In this document: positions 38,801 through 50,800 of the stretch, in pieces | Layout: the number at the start of each line of letters is the position of its first letter | How positions within the stretch are numbered: position 1 is the first letter of the stretch | Position numbers and translations under genes: made by a program | Notes under the pieces: model-generated | The model's database searches: none | The model's input: the letters and a program-made list of their open reading frames with translations, nothing else | What the model was told of the DNA's origin: nothing | Assembly: GCA_051294375.1 (NCBI GenBank) | Contig: CM119264.1 | Coordinates: 19,785,590 to 19,849,589 of the forward strand | Direction of reading: 5' to 3' | DNA from: Paraspadella gotoi | Lineage: Eukaryota > Animalia > Chaetognatha | Length of the DNA stretch: 64,000 nt

Positions 38801-41800
38801 GGCATTTTGTCCTTCCTGACGGCGTGCTCTCTGACGCTTTGAGGGAGGGCGGCAGCCAAGATGGCGGCCTTGACGTTTTCGATGGTGAGGCCTTCCAGGA
38901 CGGCGTCGAGCGCGGAGAGGTGTTGAAAGTGGGTGACGCCTTTCAGAGACGTCATCTTCAACGCCTTTGCGGCGCGCCTGTTGGCGTCTTCACCATAAAT
39001 ATTCTTTCGGTGAGCGACGAGATTTTTGTGGGCTTCAGGACCTTCGTCGATGCGCAGACCATGTTGAATTAACCGGTGGCTTGGGATGGGGATGGCGCTG
39101 AGGATCTGCGCCTTCTTCTCCGCCGGCTCGGTGACGCCGGTGGCGCCGAATTCCACGGCGGTGTGGTTTAGCCATTCCTCGATGTGGTTGGGGTCGAAGG
39201 TCGTCAGCTTCGGGTTTTGTCGTCTTGTGGTGCCGCTGAAGGTAGGGTGAGGGTTGCCCGCGGGGGCGGCGTCGCCAGCGCCGTTATCTTCCATTGATGG
39301 GGGCAACTCCGTTGAAGCTGTGCTTGCGTCCGCTGAAGGAGGATTCGGTCGAGGCGAGCTTTGTATTTATCTCGAGAATCATTTGGAAAAGCTTTTCTAT
39401 TTGCATTTCTGTAGACGTTGCGAACGTTGAGGCGGCGGCGTCGTGGAAGGCGTCGTCGCGCTCGGCGTTGTCGGAGTGGGAGGCGTTGCGCGTAGTCACA
39501 GGCATGGTGGTTTCCTCTTCGTCAGCGGGCGTTTCAATTGAAAAAATTATTTGCGTTAAAAAAATGATTTGAATCGAAAGGATTTGGAAAAATAATTTGG
39601 CTAAAACGCGCAAAAATTTGTTTCGTTTTCGTTGAGTAGCAGTTTTTTCTTTTTGTTTTTGTATTTTTTTTTTTTTACGTCGGGCTCACCACGTGTGGCC
39701 GCAACAAGTTTCAGAGTAAGAATGATTTATTCTTGAACAACGTTATAAACAATAACAGTCAAAATGCTCAGATGCTAAGACTATTACAATGGTATTTACA
39801 AAGGTCAACGTTTGACCATAAAGGTCAACGTTTTGACCATAAATAAGTTGGGGGAATTGAGCGAGGTAAGTTCGGTAAGGTCATGTGGTTTGACCGAGGT
39901 TGCGTGTTCTCGATTTTCGTCCACAGAACTCATTTTCTTTTCCATGGAACTCTTGTATTTTTTGTCGTACATAAATGAGACACAGCTCATATGAATCACA
40001 AAAGGCCAAAATTTCTCGATATTTCGATTTTCACATTAAAATGCCGAAAAATAGCTGGAAAGTAACCGCGACCATTTTTTTTCCATCATTAATCTATATT
40101 TTATTCGCTCTAATTAATATTTTACCTTCATTCACAGTTAACACCTACCTTTTTGAGCCCAACCTTTTCGTCTAGGGGGATGTGGGTAAATACCATGCGG
40201 GACCAAAGAGGGAGCCAGCGCGACCGGGGGAGGGTCGGTTGGGGCGTCGCCGGAGAGACATGGGGAGAAGGGCGAGAGGGCGGGCCACGATGAGCACATG
40301 AAAAGAAAAAAGGGGGTAGAGGGGGACAAGTGCTGCACTGTACCACCACTTGTACACATGCAGGCGCCATGCAGTCGCCATCCACACTTGCACACTCACA
40401 CACTTTCACTCACCGGGTGAGACAGCGAGGAGGTCCTGCGGGGTCCTATGATATATAAGATATTATTTTCATTTATTGCATATGTTGGTAAGCACATATA
40501 TATATATATATATATATATAATATGTATAATATATATATATGCTTAATTATTTTATGAAGGCTATCTTGTACTACGAACCAAGCAAGATTGGTTTTGGGA
40601 CTTTTAACTGAAATTAAAAATAAACTTTGACTGCCATGGGCGTCAGCAATTGCGACCCTTTGGGTCCGACGCCAAACATCTCAAAACGTTGCTACTTGCT
40701 GGGTGGCGCCTCTGACAGGCTCGCTTGTTTTAATGATAATTTTTTTTTAAAAGACTTATATTTCTCTCTGTCATCTTTTCATGATGAATCTAAATCTGCC
40801 CAAAAACTTAATAAAAAAATATTTTTAAATGTTTAATAATTTATAGGGTAAATATTATATATATTTATAGCTCAATGCATAAATTAGAAAATTGAAAATA
40901 TTTTTCTATACAAAAATTGTTCATTAGCATTATTCAAGTAAATTCAGAATTTTCACTGTATAAAAAAGATATATAAAAAAATATAGTTTTTGTTCCTCCT
41001 AGAAATTCACAACTGACTGTTATTGTTTAATTCAATTGTTTTAGGGAAAATATTAACAGTCATGCAGCGAAAATGGATTCCTCCAAAAAAATTGAAAGTA
41101 AGTTAGCAAAGAAATTTATGGTATGTAACCGTTTTTCTGTGGCAATAACTATAAATAGGCCGCTTCATTCCTTTAAATTTTTAAATATAAATTATTACTA
41201 TTAGACGAAAAAAATGCTTCATTCATCATGTAAAAATGATTAAACTGTAAAGTTTCTTAACCATATAAAATTGGAGCTTTCATACAAGATTAATTGGAAA
41301 AATAATTTTCCTTTTACGCCACAGCAATTACCTTTTATTTTAGAAGATACTTTTAGAAGATAATTACTTATTTATCTATCAAGAGTTCACTGAGTTGAAT
41401 AAAGTTTTCATATTCCGTTTACACCAATTATTATTAACCGAGGTAGTTATATTTGATTTGACTGAATAAGTCTTGAATGTTCTTCAATTTTATTCTATCA
41501 TTTAGTTTTTATCCATTCATTTTATTTTCTTTTAGCTGTTTCAAGTACAGCGACTTCTCTTCAAACCAAGAAATTGACTGATCAAAAAGTTCGTTTAAAT
41601 TCAAATGTTGAGCTTAGTTGCGAGATTCCGGAGGGTCCTGAAGTTAAAACTCTTTGGTATAAAGATGGGGTATTGATAAAAGTTCCAAGCCATAAGTATG
41701 AAGAAAAAGTCAATGGTAATAAAAGAGTTTTAGTTATAAAAGATGCTAAAAGAGAAGATCAAGGAAAATTCACCTGTGAATCACCGAAGTTCAAGTCTTC

Positions 41801-44800
41801 TGCCAACCTCGAAGTGACAACTGAAAGTAAGTATCAGAATTCTCACTATTAATTTTTATTGCTTAAAAGCTAAAAGTTTTGCTTATAAGCAGACCCCGAC
41901 TCTAAAATTCACTTTGTCGGTCCGTCGGTCCGCCCCCTCAATCTTGTCAGGCATTAACTTATTTCATATCAGAACATCGAATTATGATAAATTATGCCAA
42001 AAAAAAAAGATGTCTGTCTGTTCGTCCGTCCGTCCGTCCATCCCACCTTAACAAAAAACACCAATTAATGGATGGATTGTAATGAAATTTGTATGTGGTT
42101 AGGGAAGTGTGTGATTGAGCTGGATATGAAGTTTCGATGGATTGCTCCGAGTGGAAATGGGTTTAAATGAAAAAAAATATATAATTCTATGGCAACGGGA
42201 GGATAGCCTGTGATACCCGGGGCGCGGGGTATCTCACTAACTGGCGTAGGGCTGCGGACCCTCAGTGACCGCCTCCTGTCACTGGCATGTTTATACCGGC
42301 ACTGTCACATTTAAGCCAGAACCGGGATACCCAGGGATTGAACCCGGGACGCACGGATGGAATGAGATGATTTAGCCTGCTCAGCCATTGAGACGAGGCT
42401 GAGGACGGACAGCAGTGAGGCAGCTTTAAGTCTTGCTGCCACAGGATCCCCACCAACTTCTCCACAGGGCCTCAATCCTGAGGAGATGTCTGAGAGAAGG
42501 TTTTGATCTATTGCCATAGTGAGAGGAGCGGGCGAGCGAGCGAGCGAGTCTAGAGCGTTACCAGAGAAGTAGGGCATAGGCGTGATATGCATACCCTAAG
42601 CGACGGCGCACGGTGCGCAGTGGTTGCGTGTTCGAGAGTAGGGCTCACCACTTATGGCAACGGGAGGATAGCCTGTGATACCCGGGGCGCGGGTATCTCA
42701 CTAACTGGCGTAGGGGCTGCGGACCCTCAGTGACCGCTCCTGTCACTGGCATGTTTATACCGGCACCGTCACATTAAGCCAGAACCGGGATACCCAGGGA
42801 TTGAACCCGGGACGCACGGATGGAATGAGATGATTTAGCCTGCTCAGCCATTGAGACGAGGCTGAGGACGGACAGCAGTGAGGCAGCTTTAAGTCTTGCT
42901 GCCACAATTCATTATTTGACCACCAAGTGTGTGATTAAGCTGGAAATTAAGTTTCGATGGAATCGTTTGGGTGGAATTAGTTTAAATTAGGACTAAGCTC
43001 TGACGAACAAAGCCCGAGTTTTTTTTAATATATTCTTATACCGGCCAAGGTAGAATGATGGCAATATTGTTAATATTAAGTTTCAAAAAGATCCGACTAT
43101 AAATATAGAAAATATTAACCAAAATCTTCGGAAAATTCAACCCTTCTTTGGAAGATTTTCGCCATAGAAGATTTTTCCCGAATCTGACTCCCGGTTGAAA
43201 ACTCTTAGAATTCCGATCGTTAGCTCCTCTTTTACTTTTACTTTAAATAAAAATTTCACCAAAATGGACTAATTCACTTTACCATGATCGTATCATATCA
43301 AAATAACCTAATAAAATGTAAAGAAAAATTTTGAGAAGCCCTTCAGACATTTTGCCAAAGGATTCCAAAATTGGACCTTATTTGTTGAACAGGAACATAC
43401 CTCAGTCACATTTATATCATTTTCAAGGAAAAAAATCCCTTTCATTTCTATATAAAATCAGAGATGGAAAATTTTTCCGTCCAGAAGCAGTCTATTTGTT
43501 CTGGCTTGTTTGATATCAAGATGTTGATGATTTGACAAGAGAAAAAAAATGCGAGCCCTTCAGATGCAACAGGATCGGAATCAAGTGTTTTTACATCGAT
43601 ATTTTACCAGAATTTTTACCAGGAGCGTTTATATTGTTTGGTAGTCAGATTTGAACGAAAATCTCCATTGAAAAAGTCTTCCTCGATCTCTAAGAACGAC
43701 GTAGACTCCTATTTAAATGAAAAAAACCCAAAAAACCTCTTTCACTTATTGATTATGCTTCTTTTTCTTTTTCTATTAAATATAAATGCAAGACGTATAA
43801 ATTAATCAAATAATTAATCAGTTAATTAAACAATTATTAATTAATCAGTCAATTAATCAATCAAAACAAACATTTCGGATCAAGTTAATTAATTAACTAA
43901 TTAATTAATTAATATTAATATAATATATATATTAATATAATATTAATTAATTAATGGACTAATTAATTAATATTAATTATTTATTTAATTACCGATAATG
44001 ATCTTGGGCAGATACGACATTGTTTGCTCAAACTTGTTAAATGTTCAAGTACAGTGTGTCCCAATGGTACTGTCCGTTAACTTTTACATATTGTACGGAA
44101 CTGTGTTGTTAAATCTTATTTCTGAGATAACGTTGTCAAAAATAAATTTTAGTAATTTTTCAGGTTTCTGAAAAATGATCATAATCATGATCATGATCAT
44201 AAAAAAGAACAAAAAGAAAGGAAGAAGAAAAAAATCTTAAATCTTGCCAGACCGGAATCTAATTTGATGCCGTCGATCAAATAATTTTGTTTCCAAACAT
44301 AAAACGTATTCTGACTAAATCTCGGAACCGTAAAATAAATACACGAAAATCTCGAATGTAAATTTGGGATTTTGTTTTAAGAAAAAAGCGCGGAATAAAT
44401 GGCGATAATAAAAGTTTTTAGAAAAAAATAATCAGAGAGAGAGAAAGAAAAAGATAGAGAGAAGCTGGACAGTAAGGCATAGTAAAATTTCTAAATTTAA
44501 CTTTAATTAAAATTCTAAAAGTGAGGAACGAACAACATTATACTAATAAACATTTATGTATAAAAAAAATTATAATAAATTTTACAATTTATACAGTAGG
44601 CCATATTTATACTAGTACTAATCCAATAAATGTTAAAATTTCAAAACAGTTTTTATTTAAGATTTTTGAAAGTTGATAAAAAGAAATATAACTCTTTTTG
44701 AAAAATTCTTTCATTAAGTGGGTCAAAAATTAGAAAAAGCTATATTTTAATCTGAAAATTAACTTTTTATATATTAAATAGTTTTTTAAATTTTTAACCC

Positions 44801-47800
44801 ACTTAATGAAAGAATTTTTAAAAATGATTTATATTTTTTTTTTATTAACTTTTGACGAGGAATTCAAATCTGCAATCAAAATTAAGAAAAGCTTATTTTG
44901 AAATTTTTTGATTTTATAAGGATAGTACTATACATAAATATAACCTACTGCGAAAATTAAGAAACATAAAATTATTTTTTTTTACAAATTAATATTCACT
45001 GATGGTATGTTGTTCATAATTGACTTTTAGAATTTCTGTATGTAACTTTCATTACGCTCTACTGGACAGCCAATGGACAGCCGCTGCAGAGCTGAACTCG
45101 TTTTTAGACGAATCTGAGTAGGGACCAACTTTTTTCCTATCTATAAATAAATATTAAAAAATAAATATTTGGGCATGGCGTCGGCGACAAACGGCCTCCA
45201 CTGGAGCTCGTAAGGAGGCTGTTGTGCTTTTTTTACCATTTTAAACCATTTTAAAGATTATTTAATCAATATTATAAAAACTATTTATTAAATAATAAAA
45301 AATATATAATTTATTAATCTTTTTTAAAAAATCATTGAAAAAAATGTTGACATATTTTATTTTATGTAGTAAGTAACAAGTTTGCTTTGTTTAATTTTTC
45401 AAATTTAGTTATCCTATAAAATGGTCCATACATGTGAGCTTATTAAGGATAATGAATTCAACTTTTTCGAACTGGTATAGTAGCAGTAAGTAGATTCCTC
45501 CATAAATTTTTAAATTTGTCAGAACGTTTTTCTCTTTTTTTTCCATATTTTTTTGACACGCTAAACGTTTCTCTGATTACGCAAAATACCTTGTATAAAT
45601 AAAAAATAATAGCGCCAATAGTTAGTGTTATGTCTCAAATAGATGGAAAAAAAACCTCGTTTAAAAATTTGATCGGGAAGTGGGGTAACTAAGGCTTACC
45701 AATGGCATCTTCCACGCCGATCGTTCTCTCAAATAATTTTTTTTATTTAATACATTTGAATGGGGAAAAAAGAAAAATTGAAATGCAGGTTGCAGAAAGG
45801 GTACAGATAATCTGGTCATACTGACACAATAATCATGACCTTTTATGTCTTGTGAAATGGGGGCAGTAAAGAAATCTAAAAAATTTGATCATTAAGTTAG
45901 TCAATGAACACTTTCCAATGGGCTATTCCGCGATTTTTTTTCTTAATTAAAATAGATAATAAATAATAGAATTAAATTGCTTGTATAAAGGTTGTTATAT
46001 TTAAAAGAAAATTATCAATACAATTTAATACAATGATGTCTTGCTTTGTCAAATATGTTGCCAGCTATGTAATTTTAAAAAAATTTTATTATGATAAACA
46101 AGCAATGTGTCAAGCTTTTTGTTTTAAGTTGAAGATAAAAAAAAATGACAATTTTTTTTTCACAGATAAAAAGGTAGACATCCAGACTGTTTATATCAAG
46201 CTGAAAACATTTTTGTATTTATCATTTTTCATATTTAAAAAACATTTTATCAAGCTACTACATCAAATTTTGCTTGTTTTTATCGTCGCAAACGCAAAGC
46301 GACGATTTTGCTGTGGTTGTGCACATAAGTGGCTTCGTCGTTGTCGTCGTCGTCGGCGTTCCAAATTATAGATCGCCTTTTTTCTGATTAAATTTGGGTG
46401 TGCCTCTGCTTACGATCCTCGCATTCAGAGAAAAAACTACTTTTTCCAGTATTGTTCAGTTACTATTAACAAAATTAATTTAATTTTCACCATAATATAA
46501 TCTAATACTTAAGGGAGTGGTCTTTTCATACAATTGAAACATTCTTTGAAATATTTTCCACTTCATTGATAGGGAAGCCAGGTACTCTGGGAGTGAATAA
46601 ACGGGACTGTGAGAGAGTCTTGATTGAAAGCTTGCAGGGACCTGCTATGTCATTATCTTGTAAGAGTGATGGAGGCCTTAAACCACCAAAGCCTGTCCAA
46701 AGTCAGGGGCAAGATAGCTTATTTATTAAATGAATGGATAATTTTTATATTGGTTGTACCAATTTCATAAATTAGGCCAAAATACGGATTGGTTATAACC
46801 ATCTCCAGCTATTTCTAATCATATAAGAGTAACATTTTAGCAACTTTTAGGAAAAAAAATCATGTTCATTTTTGTCCATTTTCACTTTCGTCTTCAAATT
46901 TGAATGCTAAGGAGAGTTGAGAAATTTTTTTTTATTTTGGAATTCCTTTCTTCCTTATCTTCTTCACCCTTGAGTAAAATATTTTCCTTATATCATTCAT
47001 AGTTCACTTATGAAATAATTTTAAAGTTGACAACTCAAAAAGTCGCAGTTTTAGTTTTTATTACAATTTATTAAACAAAAATAGTTTAAATTGGCTTAAA
47101 CTAACAGAAAATATAGTCCACAGAATAAGCTTTTAACACCTACAAAATTATCAAAAAAACTCTTTTCGTTTAGCCACAAATAATTTTTAAAGACAACTTT
47201 TAATTTGTAACTTTTTGTGACTTGTATTTATTTATGATAAAGAAAATATTTTTAACTCATTTATTAGTTTTAAAAGATGGGGTATTTACTGACGTTGATA
47301 AAACAAAAAAACTGCATCCTTTTAACCCAATGGGAAGCGTCAGGACTTGTTTTTTGTGAAAATTGACAGATTTTGCGGAAAAAATTTCCGCAAAATCTAT
47401 CGATTTACTAAATTTGCTAGGCAACCAAAATTGAAATAAAATCCTCCGTTACCGTTACATCCTTTCTTATAATGCATATTAAAGATTTTATTTGATATGT
47501 CTCAATGTAAACATTGTGAGAGGGAAGAGGAAAGAGAAAACAAGAAAAGGAGAAGGAGAGAAAATGAAAGAGGGGGCCAAGGGCAAAAAAAAGAAGGCAA
47601 ATTGGGGGAAAAAATAGACAAATAAAAGGTAGGAAATTAGGGGAAAATTGGAAAGAAAAAGAGGGGAAAAGAAAGAGAAAGAGAGAAGGAGAGAAAAAAG
47701 GTGAGGAAAGTGCATGAGTGGCAGAAAAAGGTAGGGGCCAAAAAAATGGTAAGTGACTGAGTGAGAAGTAAGGGAGGAAAGAGGAAGATATAAAGTAAGA

Positions 47801-50800
47801 GAAGAAAAGAGGTGAAGAAAAATAATCAGGAAAAGCGTATGAAGGAAAAAAAATTATATCAGATAATGTGGCGTCTTACCTAAAAACTTTTATGTAAGTA
47901 AAATACGTGAAGATTCTTATGAGGAATTCGATCTTTAAAAATTATCTATACCATAAAAATTCGAACATACTAAGTATAAGTATCTAAAATTACACAGTTA
48001 ATGAGATTAGATAAACAATAATTGAAGAAATCATGTCTTACCGTATTTTTAACTCATATAAATTTAGCTGGGAAGTTCTAAGTGATAAGAAGGAGATAAC
48101 TTGAGACTACCGTTTTTCTAAATGAAGTTTGCTTCATACTAACCAATGAGATCAAGAAAGATGGTAATTATTGAAGTTCAGATTTTGTTGTCTTAAAGAC
48201 ATCGATCGTACGTGGAGCCGTGTATGAAGCAGAAAATCTATATACAGCTTCTCATCATCGATGTCCTTAAAATTGGGTCAGGACAGTTATTAAATATGTT
48301 TTTTTTACGTTTTATCAAAACAAACAAATTTTCTCTCTTTTATTTTTATATTTCTTTCTCTCTCTCTTTTCTCTTTTTAGTCGGATCTGCTTATCAGCAG
48401 ATCCCGACTCTATAATTCACTTTGTCGGTCCGTCGGTCCGCCCCCTCAATATGTCGGGCACTAACTTATATCATGTCAGAACATCGAATTATGATAAATT
48501 ATGCAAAAAAAAGATGTCCATCCGTCCGTCTGTCCGTCCGTCCATTCGTCCGTCCGTCCGTCCATCCCACATTAGAAAAAAACACCAATTACTCGTGATT
48601 GGATGGATGGATTTGAATGAAATTTTGTGTGTGGGTAGGGAAGTGTGTGATTGAGCTGGATATAAAGTTTCGATGGAATCGTCTGAGTGAAAATGAGTTT
48701 AAATGGAAAAAACAAAAAAATATAATTCACTATTTGAACACCAATTGCTCATGAGTGGATGGGGCGATTGACCTGGAATTTTGTATGTGAGTAGGAAAGT
48801 GTGTGATTGAACAGGAAACCAAGTTTCGATGGAATCGTTTGAGTGGAAATGAGTTTAAATGGAAAAAAACAAAAAACCTGTTTCACTAATTGATTATGAT
48901 TTTTTTACCTTTTATATTAAATGTATATGCAGGATGTATTAATAAATCAAATTAATTAATCAGTCAATCAATCCGTCCATCCATCCCACCTTGGCAAAAA
49001 GCCCCAATTACTCGTGATTGGCTGGTTGGATCGGAATGAAATTTTGTGTATGGGTAAGAACATGTGTGATGAACGGAATCGTATGAGTGGATATGAATTT
49101 AAATGGAAAAAACATAAGTCGCATTTACTAAAATCTTTTTACTTATTTTAACCAATAAATACTCTAATTAATCATAATTGGATGGATAGATTGAGTTCAA
49201 ATTTTGTGTGTGGGTAGGAAAATGTGTGACAAAGCTTGATATAAAGTTTCGGTACGAGTGTCACATTTACTTGACTCTTTTTACTTATTTTAACCCATAA
49301 TAGATTGAGATGACATTTTGTGAGCGGGAAGGAAAGTTTGTGAAGAAGCTAGATATAAGGGTTTTGACGGAATTGTGCCAGTGGAAATGAGTTTAAATGG
49401 AAAAAATATAAGTCACATTTACTTTATTTTAAGGACATCGATGATGATAAGCTGTATATAAATTTATAATTAATTATTAAATATTAAAATTAATTAATTA
49501 ATTAATCGATTAATTAATTATTTTTCGTAGGCAGTTCCGACATTGTTTGCTCAAACTTGTTATTTTATGTCTCTTTCCCTCTCTCTTTTCCCTAGTCACT
49601 GATTCATAGGGGAAAAAAACAAGTCTGCAGGGGCTTATTCTTTTTCTCTCTTTTCTCCTGCTGCTTCTGCTGCTGCCTTTTGATTTTTTTTCTTTTTTTC
49701 TTGGTGCCTCTGCTGCTGCCGCTGTTGATTCCTCGCTCTCTCTATCTCTCTTTTTCTCTCTCTCTCTGCGTTTTTATTAAAAAAAAATTGAATTAGGATT
49801 GAACTCGTAAAATTAGGCATCGCATTCTTTTTGCTATCGCAACATTGTGTTTTTATTTCATTCTTTCTTCTCGTCACTCTTTCTTTTTGTTAATTTTTCT
49901 TTCTTTCCTTTCTATTCCTTCTTTCCTTTCTATTCTTTCTTTCCTTTCTATTCTTTCTTTCCTTTATATTATTTCCTTCCTTTCTATTCTTTCCTTCTTT
50001 TCTATTTTCCTTCCTTTATATTCTTTCCTTCCTTTCTATTATTTCCTTCCTTTCTATTCTTTCCTTCTTTTCTATTTTTCCTTCCTTTCTATTCTTTTTT
50101 TCCATTCTATTCTTTCTTTCCTTTCTATTCTTTCTTTCCTTTCTATTCTTTCTTTCCTTTCTATTCTTTCTTTATATTTATTCTTTCTTTATATTTATTC
50201 TTTTCTTCTTTTTGTTTCTGTTTATAAATTAATTTTCTTTTCTCAAATTAGATTTTTTTAGTATCAAAATTTGTCGTCAATCCAGATTTTTTTAATGCAA
50301 TTGCGACGATCCTTATGCTTTTAAGAAATTTATGGAGTAGATAAAATTTAATGGTAATCAAAATGTAATTCACTCTTTCCTCTTTCAAATTACAAAAGAA
50401 AAACAAAAAATTTCATTTGCCTTAATTGAAATTTTTAACGCAAAAAACTGTTATACTTTTAATCTAATTTAAACAAAAGCTTTGTAAATATTTATGGATA
50501 AAATTGAACAAAACTATTTTAGAAAGATGTGCCATGATTAGGGCTTTAAATTGATACCACACCCACTTGTCTACCTCTTTTCATTCAAAAGTTATTTAAG
50601 AAAATAACTTTTTTTACCGTTAGAGAACTAAGGATTTGAACTACGCAGTAAGGCGTAGTGAAAGTTTTTTTAATTTTCGCAGTAGGCTATATTTATATAT
50701 AGTACTATCCTTATAAAATTGAAAAATTTTAAAATAATTTTTTTTAAATTTTGATTGCAGATTTGAATTCCTCGTCAAAAGTTGATAGAAGAAAATATAA

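Larger units (their letters stand above)
46282..50327 (+). mobile_element. HINE-like family 3 element with nested insertions
   Basis: subTIR ATCGTCGCAA / TTGCGACGAT, 5' inverted copy, (GTC)n, same 3' hairpin as family 2. Confidence 0.5.

Noticed and set aside
49845-50261. 138-aa and 126-aa hydrophobic ORFs
   Set aside because: Translations of an 18-bp minisatellite.
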